Made by a program: the position numbers and the translations under genes
Notes under the pieces: model-generated
The model's input: only the letters and a program-made list of their open reading frames with translations
Databases searched by the model: none
What the model was told of the DNA's origin: nothing
Part shown: piece by piece, positions 40,273 through 49,980 of the stretch
Position numbering within the stretch: position 1 is the first letter of the stretch
Layout: each line of letters begins with the position of its first letter
DNA from: Ginsengibacter sp.
GTDB lineage: Bacteria; Bacteroidota; Bacteroidia; Chitinophagales; Chitinophagaceae
Assembly: GCA_039922615.1 (NCBI GenBank)
Contig: JBDTEF010000006.1
Span: 1 to 58,229 of the forward strand
Length of the DNA stretch: 58,229 nucleotides
Direction of reading: 5' to 3'

Positions 40273-41277
40273 CTAATCCTCCCTATCTAAATCTAAATTC
40301 AGGATTTTACCTTTTTTCCAGGCTTTCACCTCGCGTCGGAAATTTTTTCTATTTTGTCTTGTCAGGTGTGGATCATCGAGTGACAGCAAATCAGGACTTC
40401 CTCCGTTTACCCAGGCAGTGTACCAAAAATTGGCTACATCCTGGATAGATAGTCTAAGCTGTCGTTCAACCATTCCTCCTAAGGCTATATGAAATTTTTC
40501 AGCATATTCGTTTGAAAAAACAGGGGAGTTGTAGAATTTTACCACTTCTCCTTTCTCATCCTTCTTATACATGTTGTCAGGTGTAAATGTGATTCTCACA
40601 CTTTTTTCAATCGTCAATAAAGTATCAACAAGAGAATGAGAATGATTGATGATACTCCAGCTTTCGGCGGGGATATCCGAAATATATTTTGCGGGTGATA
40701 CCTTAAAATTATAATTATTACCGAACATCTGAGGCAACATCGATTCCCACAAGGCATGAACACCTTTTTGACCGGTTTTTTGACCATCATGATTGGAAGA
40801 AGTGTGGAGAGGCATGTTCGCATCTGCTACATAATGAGATAATTCTGCAGAGGCGAATATTATTTCAGACTTATTCTTTTTTTTGAATGCATCTGTGAGC
40901 TTAGCCGTCATGTTTTGAATATACCAGGGCAGGTAACCTGTTTTATTTAAAAAAGCACTATCGTATTTCGTATAAGCCTCCCTGGTAGTCAATGGTAATC
41001 CTGTCGCAGGTACCTGGCCAAAGTCTTCAATATCTATATAATGCCGGGGACCTTCAGCTTTGTCATTGATCATGTACTTTCTTATATCCGGCACTACTGC
41101 ACTTTCCGTTATGAAGTCGATATGGTTATAATAAAATGCCTTCATACTATCCGGCAGTACGAAAATCGCAGCCCTGCTAATGTGCTTATGTCCCCACGAA
41201 CCCCAAGCAAACGCTAGTGAGATCCCACACGAAATGATAATTGTTATGATGGAAATTTTTAGAATCTTGGATTTCAT
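40273..41277 (-). CDS. Zinc-dependent phospholipase C / S1-P1 nuclease family protein, secreted
   Basis: Signal peptide then WGSWGH; PD, HYID, HYVADANMPLH and HALWES zinc ligands. Start placed at MKSK (41277). Confidence 0.85.
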   Translation of the reverse strand: MKSKILKISIITIIISCGISLAFAWGSWGHKHISRAAIFVLPDSMKAFYYNHIDFITESAVVPDIRKYMINDKAEGPRHYIDIEDFGQVPATGLPLTTREAYTKYDSAFLNKTGYLPWYIQNMTAKLTDAFKKKNKSEIIFASAELSHYVADANMPLHTSSNHDGQKTGQKGVHALWESMLPQMFGNNYNFKVSPAKYISDIPAESWSIINHSHSLVDTLLTIEKSVRITFTPDNMYKKDEKGEVVKFYNSPVFSNEYAEKFHIALGGMVERQLRLSIQDVANFWYTAWVNGGSPDLLSLDDPHLTRQNRKNFRREVKAWKKGKILNLDLDRED

Positions 41278-41560
41278 GAGTGAATATTTATGGATTTTAT
41301 TTTGAATAGTTAAAGAAGTAAAAATAACTTTTTGCCTCATTTTTTGATGGCAACTGGCACAATTATTTATTATTTAATGTAAAAAAAAATGAAAAATAAA
41401 ATATCAGGCCCCGAACAAAAATATGTAGAACCTCCCGAAATGAGGGAAGCAGGTATACCGCCATTAAGAAAACAATTAAATTATATCCTAATAACTGTAG
41501 CCATTATTGTTTTTATTGTGGCTGCGTTTGCCATCTATTATATCAGGAAATAGAAATTGA

Positions 41561-44050
41561 TCAATAATCATTTGCCTGCTTTTTTTCAGTCTTTGGAGGA
41601 TTCTTATTTTTATCTCCTTTATCAGCAGGTTTGGTTTTTAGATCAATAACGGCGTCTTTTGATAACGACTTTTTTTCCATCAGATTCTTTGGCTTTTTAG
41701 TGGTGTCCTTCTTATTATCAACCGAAGGATTGATAGGTCCGATCAACTTTTTTTCGGGAGTAAGTGGCGTGATTTTTTGTGCTTCTTTAGAAAAATCTGA
41801 TTCTACAGGCACATTTTCAGAAGTACCGTAATCACCTTCATCTCCATTGCCCTGGTCTTCAGAAAAATCATTACCTGTACCTTCTTTTACCAGGTTAGAA
41901 AAATTCTGATCCGCATAAATAGGGTTATTATTTAATTCTGCAGGTTTTTCGAATTCTGCCTTGGGATCAATGCCCAACGATTTATCGGCATACACTTTTT
42001 GCATAAAATACGCAAATTCAGGCATGGCCATTTCATTACCGCCATAGGTTTGTCGTATGCGTAAAAATGGATCATCACAACCTACCCACACGCCGGCCAG
42101 TAACTGTGGTGTATACCCGATAAACCATCCATCTGTATTATCATTTGTTGTTCCTGTTTTACCACCCATCTGGCTTTGAATACCAAATTTGTCGCGCATG
42201 CCATGACCTGTTCCAAAATCTACCACACCTTGCATCATTTTGTACATGGTATAAGCATCGGCTTCGCTAATTACCTGTTTGGATTCGGACTGGAAACTTT
42301 GAAGAATATTGCCATTTCTATCTTCAATTTTACTCAAAAAAATCGGTTCTACACTGAAACCGCGATTGGGAAACATAGTATAAGCGCGTAACATTTCTAT
42401 CAGTTTGATATCGGCGGAGCCCAATGCGATTGAAGGCACAATAGGAATATCACTTTTTATTCCAACAAGATGGGCAAATTCTGCCGTTCTTTTCGGACCT
42501 ATCCTTGACATCAGATCATAGGCTGCAGCATTCAATGATTTGGCCAGGCAATAAGCCATCGTACCACCTGCACCGGAAATTGTTTTATTGGCGAGGGTAA
42601 TGGATTTACCTCCTATGTAGCTGTCAGGAGTAAGACCTGCATCAGTAATGGCTAATGTATAAAGAATAGGCTTAAATGTAGAACCCACCTGTCTCCTGGT
42701 AGTAACGTGGTCAAATTTGAACCATTTAAAATCAACTCCGCCAACCCATGCTTTTATTTCACCATTAATAGGATCCATTGCAAGGAAAGCCGTCTGCATC
42801 ATTTGTTTGAAATACTTGATAGAATCAAGCGGCGTCATTGTTGTATCTTTTTGCCGCTTACTATTCCAGGCAAAAACAGTCATTTTTACAGGCACAGAAA
42901 ATGAATTCCTTATTTGCGTATCTGTTGCGCCACCTTCCTTCATAAAACGCCATCTTTCACTTTCCTTCATTGCTCGCTCCAAAATTACATCCTGTCCTTT
43001 CCAGACATTTTTTGGCAACTGGCGATTAAAAGTTTTTTGCATGACCGTCATATGTTTTACAACAGCCTCCTCTGCATACAATTGCATTTTGGGGTCAATA
43101 GTAGTGTAAATTTTTAAACCATCCCTATATTGGTCATAATTTCTACCTGTTTTTGGATCTTTATGTGATTTACACCATTCATCGAGCTTTTTAGAAAGTA
43201 CTGTTCTGAAGTAAGGTGCGATACCCATATTCTCATCTAACTTTCTATAATTGATATTTAAAGGTTTCTTTTTGAAACTTGTGGCTGCAGAAACTGTGAG
43301 CACATTGTTTCTTACCATTTGATCCAATACCGTATTTCGCCTGGCCAGGGCAGCGTCAGGTTTTCTGACAGGGTCATACATTCCAGGGCCCTTTAGCATT
43401 CCAACAAGCAGCGCAGATTCATCAGTTGTGAGATCTGCCGGTTCCTTTTGAAAATAAACCCTGGCGGCATTTTTTATTCCGTATACATTCAACCAGGATA
43501 CCCTATTCAGATAAAGGGCGATAATTTCCTGTTTGGTAAAATTCTTTTCTAATTTCAGGGCGACTATCCATTCTTTTATTTTATCAATCCCCCTTTTAAC
43601 AGGATTTCCACGACCCTGTCCCAGTATGTTTTTGGCTAATTGCTGAGTAATTGTGCTGCCGCCACCATCTCTTCCCAGGCCATATAAAGCTCGTGCGAAA
43701 CTGCGTGCATCTATTCCTGAATGATCATAAAACCGTTCATCTTCTGTAGAAACCAATGCATCTATTACATCTTTGGAAATATCTTTATAATCCACGGACA
43801 CCCTATTCTCTGCATATATTTTTCCCATAAGTGTGCTGCCATCATTGGCATAGATTTCAGAGGCAAGATTTGCCTGGGGATTTTCCAATTCCTGTAAAGA
43901 CGGCAATTGGCCAAATAAGCCAAAGTAGGCGGATGCCAGCACAAGATTACAAAGAATAAAACCTACCAACACAATCGTCCATAAGATTCTTACGGAGGGT
44001 CTCGTGGATTTTACTTTCTGTTTTGAATTTTTTTTATTTTGATTTTGCAT
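41561..44050 (-). CDS. Class A penicillin-binding protein (PBP1A-like transglycosylase/transpeptidase)
   Basis: EDERFYDHSG and GGSTITQQLAKN (GT51); STFK, SLN and KTGT (transpeptidase); low-complexity C-terminal tail. Confidence 0.93.
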   Translation of the reverse strand: MQNQNKKNSKQKVKSTRPSVRILWTIVLVGFILCNLVLASAYFGLFGQLPSLQELENPQANLASEIYANDGSTLMGKIYAENRVSVDYKDISKDVIDALVSTEDERFYDHSGIDARSFARALYGLGRDGGGSTITQQLAKNILGQGRGNPVKRGIDKIKEWIVALKLEKNFTKQEIIALYLNRVSWLNVYGIKNAARVYFQKEPADLTTDESALLVGMLKGPGMYDPVRKPDAALARRNTVLDQMVRNNVLTVSAATSFKKKPLNINYRKLDENMGIAPYFRTVLSKKLDEWCKSHKDPKTGRNYDQYRDGLKIYTTIDPKMQLYAEEAVVKHMTVMQKTFNRQLPKNVWKGQDVILERAMKESERWRFMKEGGATDTQIRNSFSVPVKMTVFAWNSKRQKDTTMTPLDSIKYFKQMMQTAFLAMDPINGEIKAWVGGVDFKWFKFDHVTTRRQVGSTFKPILYTLAITDAGLTPDSYIGGKSITLANKTISGAGGTMAYCLAKSLNAAAYDLMSRIGPKRTAEFAHLVGIKSDIPIVPSIALGSADIKLIEMLRAYTMFPNRGFSVEPIFLSKIEDRNGNILQSFQSESKQVISEADAYTMYKMMQGVVDFGTGHGMRDKFGIQSQMGGKTGTTNDNTDGWFIGYTPQLLAGVWVGCDDPFLRIRQTYGGNEMAMPEFAYFMQKVYADKSLGIDPKAEFEKPAELNNNPIYADQNFSNLVKEGTGNDFSEDQGNGDEGDYGTSENVPVESDFSKEAQKITPLTPEKKLIGPINPSVDNKKDTTKKPKNLMEKKSLSKDAVIDLKTKPADKGDKNKNPPKTEKKQANDY

Positions 44051-44075
44051 TCTTTACTCTTTTGAAATGTCTTCT

Positions 44076-47000
44076 TTATTTAAATTTTCCGGGATATTTT
44101 TCATTCAGCAAACTGATATAGTTGATAAGGTTTTTATTTTCTTTAAGCAGTTGCAGGTTATTATTGGAGATGATGTAGAATTCATATTTAGTAGCCGGTA
44201 ACCAGGAAACTTCTGATGGCGCATCTTTCCTGATCTTTTCCAGGAATTTCATGGCAATCTCGGCTGATTCAAATTGTGAAAAAACCAGGAGATTTCTGTC
44301 TTTATCAAGGGTGTCTTTTACCAATTCCAATTGAGAAGAATAGAATTTCTCACGGCTATATCTTGTAAATGCATTTTTAGCTTCATTTACGTATACCGGA
44401 TCTACTTTTGTCATCACCATCACTACATTTTGTGGTGAATAAGCATCAAAAGTGAACGAGGCATATTTAATTGGTGCTGCCATCATCTTTTCCGGATTCA
44501 ACCGAACTGAATCTGATTTGGCTATTTCCTTTTGTTTGACAGTAATCGGCGATACAGTCTTCTGCTGCACTTTTCTTTCAATTTTTGTATCATCAAAAAC
44601 CATTAATTCATCATCCTCTTTCGCTCTTTCGATAGTTAGATTCGTTAGATATGATTCAATACTTTTCCTTCTTTTTAATACATCTATTGTTGTTTCAGCT
44701 CTTGCTGCCATGGGTGAGGCTGGATACTCATTCATTAAATCATTCAATTTGATAATGGCAATGCTATCTTCCCGTTGCCTGATATAGTAGACAGATTCAA
44801 TATAAAGTAGCTGGGGACTCCAATAGGAATTTCCATAAATACTGTCTGACATCTTTTTTTCCTGTAATGCTTTTTCAAAGTTGCCTTCTATGAAAAGATC
44901 GTAAATATCACTGTAGCGTTTTTCCGTAGCACTATCTTTTTTTGCAGGGTTAGACTTTTCAGGATTTAAAATGAATGCTGCATATTTGCTTCCTTCAAAA
45001 TTTTTCAACAATAAATTTTTGTATTGATCGGCTTTTGCAATATCACCCAATTTGCGATAGCAGTAAGAAAGATTCATATACAATTCTCCATTATGCAAAC
45101 TGTCAGGGAAACGTCTCAGTGAAGTTTCATAGCTTCCGATCGCGGCAGAATAATCTTCAAGAAGATTCTGGTAATTTTTACCTAACTGGAAAAGAGAGTA
45201 GGCAATTTTAGAATTTGACGAATCCAACGCCGGTTTTGTTAAAGGTATATTGACTAGTAAACCTTCCACAGAAACATCTTCCTGGGCATTTATGTCATTT
45301 GAATTATTCACATTTCCATCAGGATTTTCAGGGCCCAGATCAGATCTTATCTGACCTTCGGATGGCAATTGTGGCGACATTGGATCGTCACCTACTGATG
45401 GCCTTTTTAAGTTGGTCAACCTGCTTGGTGTGGGTTGGTTTCTTCCCTGGGTAGGTGTATTCGCAAAATCATTTCCGGAAATCCTTCGCCAATTATCGAC
45501 ATTTTGCCGCTTTCCCCAAACTCTTTTAAAATCACTAAAACCTTTCGATTTGAGCGCAGCATTATAAAAATACCAGTCACCCTTCACATCATTATTTGAA
45601 AATATATCTTCTTGTAAATTTCCGGAAGTAAAAAATGGATCTGCATTCACGTCTGCATCCTCATCGGTAAGCCCCCTATCTTTCTTCAATTTTTTTGACA
45701 ATTTTTTTACCAGGTCGGTTCTATCCTTTTCAGATAACCTGGCAATCATTTGGAGGCTATCTTCTCTTGCAATAATGTCCAAATGCCTGACAATTTGGGC
45801 AAGGGCATTTTTTCTATCTTTTATTTCGGAAATGTTTACAAGTGTAGTATCATTGGTTTGCAGGCTATCATAATAATTATACGCATTTCTGTAATCCTTT
45901 TGCCGATAGCTTATCTCTGCAATAGCGAGAAATGATTTATTCTTAATAGGAATGTTATTAGTATTTAAAGAATTACTTTTCTTATAGTAAAACAGTGCAG
46001 CAGTAGTATCAGGAATTTCCATCGCTAATTCAGCAGCAGAATAGAAAACAACATCTTTATAAGGTTCAAATTTATATTTTTTTGCCATTCCCAGCAGGCG
46101 ATTGATGGCACCCTTTATTTCGCCGGGATCCTTTGACTTAAGCATTTTTGCCTGGCTTAGATTCGCATAGATATCCATGAGTGGATTAGTAGTATGCCTG
46201 ATTGCCCTGTCATAATAATCTGATGCCGTATCCTGTACATTCTTTTGTTCATATAATTGCGCTAACAGGTATTCCCTCCGGGCCCTGTCATCAATATCTA
46301 TTGCATTGGGAAGGCCTTTTTCGATGTGAGATATTGCGCTATCATACATCTGTTGTTTAAAAAACCAATATCCTTCAGCTTCTTCAAAAGCCGGGACTAA
46401 TCTTGCAGGCAGGTTTTTGTCGTTTTTCAACAAATTAATCAAACCTGCTGCATCCGAATATTCTCCCATTTCTATCCATGTCCTGATTTGCCAGATCAAT
46501 GCATCATTACGGCTAGGTGGCCTTGAAAATATTTTATCTTTGAGGCCGCGGTTTTCTTTACTGGCAATACTTATTTCATTATCAAAGGCATTTCTATTGG
46601 TACCTACAATTAACTGATCTTCTGATTTCTTTTTTCTTGGATACAGATTGTAATTGACAAACTGGAAAGTCATGGCCGCAGAATCAAGGTCATTGCGAAG
46701 AAAATAAGCCTGGCCAATAAGGAGATATAAATCATCAACCCAATCACTCCTTAGATCGTGTAATAAGATACCTGCAGTGGATTTTAAAATCACAGAATCC
46801 AACTCATTTTTTTGGGAAGACGTACTATTTAGCGTATAAGCATAGTAGGGAAGGAGGTTGACGAAATTATCCGAATTTGAAAGCCGGGCTCTTTCTATGA
46901 CCTGGTTAATTTTATTATTTGCATTAAAAAAATAATTGTAATGGCTTACTGTATTCTGCACAAACCGACGCGGAATAGTAAATTTCTTTTGACCGGTTCT

Positions 47001-47147
47001 TTCAGATTTGAGGGTTTTATTTTCAAATTTTTTAGGCTTATCTTTTTGAAGATCGAAAGTGATCTTACCCACTTGTGCATTGGCAGCAGGCAGCAAATAA
47101 AAAAGGAATAATAAAATGGTAAAAAACTGAAGTATCCTCCGATTCAT
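44076..47147 (-). CDS. sprE: TPR protein, SprE/PorW-like T9SS component
   Basis: HYNYFFNA, WVDDLYLLIG, TPR repeats, EDSL, WYFYN...F...WGKRQNVDNWRR. Start placed at MNRR (47147). Confidence 0.7.
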   Translation of the reverse strand: MNRRILQFFTILLFLFYLLPAANAQVGKITFDLQKDKPKKFENKTLKSERTGQKKFTIPRRFVQNTVSHYNYFFNANNKINQVIERARLSNSDNFVNLLPYYAYTLNSTSSQKNELDSVILKSTAGILLHDLRSDWVDDLYLLIGQAYFLRNDLDSAAMTFQFVNYNLYPRKKKSEDQLIVGTNRNAFDNEISIASKENRGLKDKIFSRPPSRNDALIWQIRTWIEMGEYSDAAGLINLLKNDKNLPARLVPAFEEAEGYWFFKQQMYDSAISHIEKGLPNAIDIDDRARREYLLAQLYEQKNVQDTASDYYDRAIRHTTNPLMDIYANLSQAKMLKSKDPGEIKGAINRLLGMAKKYKFEPYKDVVFYSAAELAMEIPDTTAALFYYKKSNSLNTNNIPIKNKSFLAIAEISYRQKDYRNAYNYYDSLQTNDTTLVNISEIKDRKNALAQIVRHLDIIAREDSLQMIARLSEKDRTDLVKKLSKKLKKDRGLTDEDADVNADPFFTSGNLQEDIFSNNDVKGDWYFYNAALKSKGFSDFKRVWGKRQNVDNWRRISGNDFANTPTQGRNQPTPSRLTNLKRPSVGDDPMSPQLPSEGQIRSDLGPENPDGNVNNSNDINAQEDVSVEGLLVNIPLTKPALDSSNSKIAYSLFQLGKNYQNLLEDYSAAIGSYETSLRRFPDSLHNGELYMNLSYCYRKLGDIAKADQYKNLLLKNFEGSKYAAFILNPEKSNPAKKDSATEKRYSDIYDLFIEGNFEKALQEKKMSDSIYGNSYWSPQLLYIESVYYIRQREDSIAIIKLNDLMNEYPASPMAARAETTIDVLKRRKSIESYLTNLTIERAKEDDELMVFDDTKIERKVQQKTVSPITVKQKEIAKSDSVRLNPEKMMAAPIKYASFTFDAYSPQNVVMVMTKVDPVYVNEAKNAFTRYSREKFYSSQLELVKDTLDKDRNLLVFSQFESAEIAMKFLEKIRKDAPSEVSWLPATKYEFYIISNNNLQLLKENKNLINYISLLNEKYPGKFK

Positions 47148-47182
47148 GAAAGGTTGTATTTTAAGCAACAATTTGATAATGA

Positions 47183-47220
47183 TATATTTGCAACAATATG
47201 CACTAATTGCTGCAAAATTA
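47183..47220. promoter_or_regulatory. Two opposed -7 boxes (TATATTTG on +, 47183-47190; TAATTTTG on -, 47213-47220)
   Basis: Exact TAnnTTTG matches between divergent genes. Confidence 0.55.
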
Positions 47221-47302
47221 TTTTAAAAATACGGTTAATTTGAAGGTAATATGCTAATTAATGAAAAGCGAGTACTATTTTTAACAACATCAAACTTCTT
47301 CT

Positions 47303-47725
47303 ATGGATTTAGAGAGTGAAAACATTCATTTGAAAAGGATAAAAAATCGCTACCGCCTGATTGTAGTTAATGAAGATTCTTTTAAGGAAGTGGTTGCATT
47401 TAAACTCAATAGATGGAGTGTTTATACGGTATTAAGTGCACTTTTCGTTATTATTGTAGGGCTTACAATAGGTTTGATTGCTTTTACTCCATTGAAATAT
47501 TACATCCCGGGTTTTGGCCAGGAGGTAAAAACCCAGGAATTTGAATTATTAAAAGTACGTGCAGATTCCATAGAACATGCTTTGATATTGAATCAAAAAT
47601 ATATGGATGACCTGGGAAAAGTTTTAAAAGGAAAGGTAATAAACCAGGATACTACATCACTTAAAGTAATAACAAATACCAGCGAAGAAAAAATAAGCAA
47701 ACTGCGTAAGAAAAGAAGAAGATGA
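47303..47725 (+). CDS. Single-TM protein resembling the N-terminal part of Bacteroidota M23 peptidases, lacking the catalytic domain
   Basis: YRLIVVNEDSF.E...FKL, TM helix, AFTPLKYYIPG, DSIE; no HxxxD/HxH motifs; 140 aa. Confidence 0.65.
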   Translation: MDLESENIHLKRIKNRYRLIVVNEDSFKEVVAFKLNRWSVYTVLSALFVIIVGLTIGLIAFTPLKYYIPGFGQEVKTQEFELLKVRADSIEHALILNQKYMDDLGKVLKGKVINQDTTSLKVITNTSEEKISKLRKKRRR

Positions 47726-47730
47726 GAAAC

Positions 47731-47790
47731 AATGGATAATGGATAATGGAGAATTGTTAAGCAATGAGCCATGAGCCATGAGCTGAGAGT
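47731..47790. repeat. Degenerate 7-bp tandem arrays (AATGGAT/G x4, then CATGAGC-type x4)
   Basis: aatggat aatggat aatggag aattgtt ... aatgagc catgagc catgagc tgagagt. Confidence 0.8.
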
Positions 47791-47930
47791 ATATATAAAA
47801 TAAAATCAGAACTGCAATTTTGCAGGAAATCAGATAAGGCGTAATACGGTAACAGTGAGTTACGAATAGAGAATAATACCTTGATCGATATCGGGATAAA
47901 AAAAGGTAAAACATTTATCAAAAATTCAAT

Positions 47931-48143
47931 TTGAATAATAACAAACAACAATCAAATAGTGAATTAATGCGGTATGCAGGCATGGGCACGCAATTTCTTG
48001 TTGCTATAGGCCTCGGTATTTTTTTTGGTTTGAAACTTGACGAATGGTTGCACCTACCTTTTCCTTTGCTGGTCTGGTTGCTTCCCCTGGTTATAATTAT
48101 TGGCCTCATTATTAAATTAATTATAGAAACATCTAAAAAATGA
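47931..48143 (+). CDS. AtpZ/AtpI family small membrane protein
   Basis: RYAGMGTQF...G..LDEW, 2 TM helices; start codon (TTG) uncertain. Confidence 0.75.
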   Translation: MNNNKQQSNSELMRYAGMGTQFLVAIGLGIFFGLKLDEWLHLPFPLLVWLLPLVIIIGLIIKLIIETSKK

Positions 48144-48541
48144 AACGATCATTTATAAATTCATTTACACCTTTTTTTATTTTATTTATTCTTGTCAATA
48201 TATTGATCGTTGGATTTAAAAAAAGTCTTGCAAATGCTGATTACGATGTAGAATTTATTTGGGTTGCCAATCTCGTTATATTCCTTCTGTCGATCATGGG
48301 ATATTATCTCCAGTTAAGAGGTGTAGGATCTGCCAATTTTAATCACTTTTTGCGCGGAATATATTCCTCTCTTTTGATGAAAATGTTTATCATCATCGGC
48401 GCGCTCGTTATATATATTGCTGTAGCCGGTGGAAAAGTAAATACGCCGGCAGTGCTCATTTCAATGGGCCTATATTTGATATATACTGCAATAGAAGTAA
48501 TTCAATTAATGAAAATCGTACGCAATAAGCCCAATGCCTAA
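48140..48541 (+). CDS. 4-TM membrane protein, AtpI-like
   Basis: 133 aa, 4 TM helices, F.......K.F pattern; ATGA-coupled to the AtpZ-like gene. Confidence 0.55.
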   Translation: MKRSFINSFTPFFILFILVNILIVGFKKSLANADYDVEFIWVANLVIFLLSIMGYYLQLRGVGSANFNHFLRGIYSSLLMKMFIIIGALVIYIAVAGGKVNTPAVLISMGLYLIYTAIEVIQLMKIVRNKPNA

Positions 48542-49151
48542 GTTAGATTCGCCCTTAGCTGTTCTGAATGATTATCTACCTGACAATGCTTTTGAAAGTG
48601 TAGTTGATTACATAGTGCATCATAAAATACACCTGACTATTACCCGGGAGCGTGCATCCATATTGGGAAATTATAAAAAAAGCACGAATAAAAACCATGC
48701 AATCACAGTAAATGGTAATTTGAATAAATATTCTTTCCTGATTACTTTATTACACGAAATCGGGCACTTATTAGCATTTGAAAAATTTGGGAATAGAATA
48801 GTCGCACATGGAAATGAATGGAAAAGTGAGTATGGGAAAATCCTGGCAGGTTTTATTGCAAAAAAGATTTTCCCCACAGATATTGAAAAGGAATTAATAA
48901 TAACGCTTAATAATCCGGCGGCTACTTCTTGTGCTGAAACTTCATTGTTGAGGGTATTAAAAAATTATGATAAGCCAAAACCTGGAGTCTTCCTGTTAGA
49001 AGATTTGCCCGTGGAAAGTGTGTTTAGGGTAAAAAATGGCAAAACTTATAAAAAGGGAAAGCAGTTAAGAAAACGATTTTTATGCCAGGAGCTTACGACA
49101 AAAAAAATGTATTTATTTAGTCCTGTTGCAGAGGTTGCTTTGGTGATTTGA
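48534..49151 (+). CDS. SprT-like metalloprotease domain protein
   Basis: ITLLHEIGHL (HExxH), HGNEWK, NPAATS. Confidence 0.88.
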   Translation: MPKLDSPLAVLNDYLPDNAFESVVDYIVHHKIHLTITRERASILGNYKKSTNKNHAITVNGNLNKYSFLITLLHEIGHLLAFEKFGNRIVAHGNEWKSEYGKILAGFIAKKIFPTDIEKELIITLNNPAATSCAETSLLRVLKNYDKPKPGVFLLEDLPVESVFRVKNGKTYKKGKQLRKRFLCQELTTKKMYLFSPVAEVALVI

Positions 49152-49155
49152 GGAA

Positions 49156-49698
49156 ATGATAGTAAATGTAGAATTTGCATTATTGTATTTAATTCATAAA
49201 ACAAATACTAAATTGAAAGAGACAGTTTACAAAGCAGGCTTAAGATCGGATATCTATTACAGCATTGGGTTTTTAATTTTTATTTTATTTGCAGTTCCGT
49301 TATCTTCAAAATTCTCCAATAGTAGTTGGCCATACCTGGTTATTTTTTTACTTTTATTTATTCTATTTTATGTTATTATTTTCAGACTAAACGAAATAAA
49401 ACTTGATGAAATAAATAACAGCCTAAACTTAATTCAAAAGAATTTTATTGGAATAAAGAAGACCTTAAAGTATGACCTAAGAGAGATTGAATTTACCTAT
49501 AAACGCCAATCAACATCGTTTCGGAGCGGAGCAAAAAATGTGTGTACCATTTATTTTTCTGATAAGAAAATTAATCAATTGGTGCCGGGTAATGATGATT
49601 GGAGTGATGGCGAAATAAGAAGATTTGTAGCTGGCCTTATCGATTCAAATGTAAAAAAGAAATTTATCGGTTTTACTTTAAAGGATGTGGAGATTTAA
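49156..49698 (+). CDS. Hypothetical membrane protein (2 TM plus soluble domain)
   Basis: 180-aa ORF starting 4 nt after sprT; start uncertain (alternative TTG near 49213). Confidence 0.55.
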   Translation: MIVNVEFALLYLIHKTNTKLKETVYKAGLRSDIYYSIGFLIFILFAVPLSSKFSNSSWPYLVIFLLLFILFYVIIFRLNEIKLDEINNSLNLIQKNFIGIKKTLKYDLREIEFTYKRQSTSFRSGAKNVCTIYFSDKKINQLVPGNDDWSDGEIRRFVAGLIDSNVKKKFIGFTLKDVEI

Positions 49699-49980
49699 AA
49701 CGACCAAATAAATTTAGGTTTGAAACGATGATCGCAGAAAAAATAAAATCACCACAATGATATTTGCTTTCAGGTTGTTATGTCTGGTATTTCATCGAAC
49801 GTAATTCTTTTAGGCTTTTTTCGTAATTTGATCTTATTAATTCATATGGCTCTAATATAAAAAATATTTTAATAATTGATCCTTCAAATCACTGAATAAT
49901 TGAATGATTAATAAGTATTAAAAGTCATTAACAACTTTTGAAAATAAAGAACCTCAAAACTAAATTAAGATAACCTTACC

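Noticed and set aside
41348-41375. TGGCAC sigma54-like half-site
   Set aside because: It lacks the -12 G at the correct spacing and points away from any + strand gene.
47657-48109. Three short minus-strand ORFs
   Set aside because: They overlap plus-strand genes and the repeat tract, with no coding signal.
49700-49965. Possible small ORFs or structured RNA upstream of recG
   Set aside because: Only 10-15-codon ORFs in very AT-rich DNA, with no stable hairpin or recognisable riboswitch.
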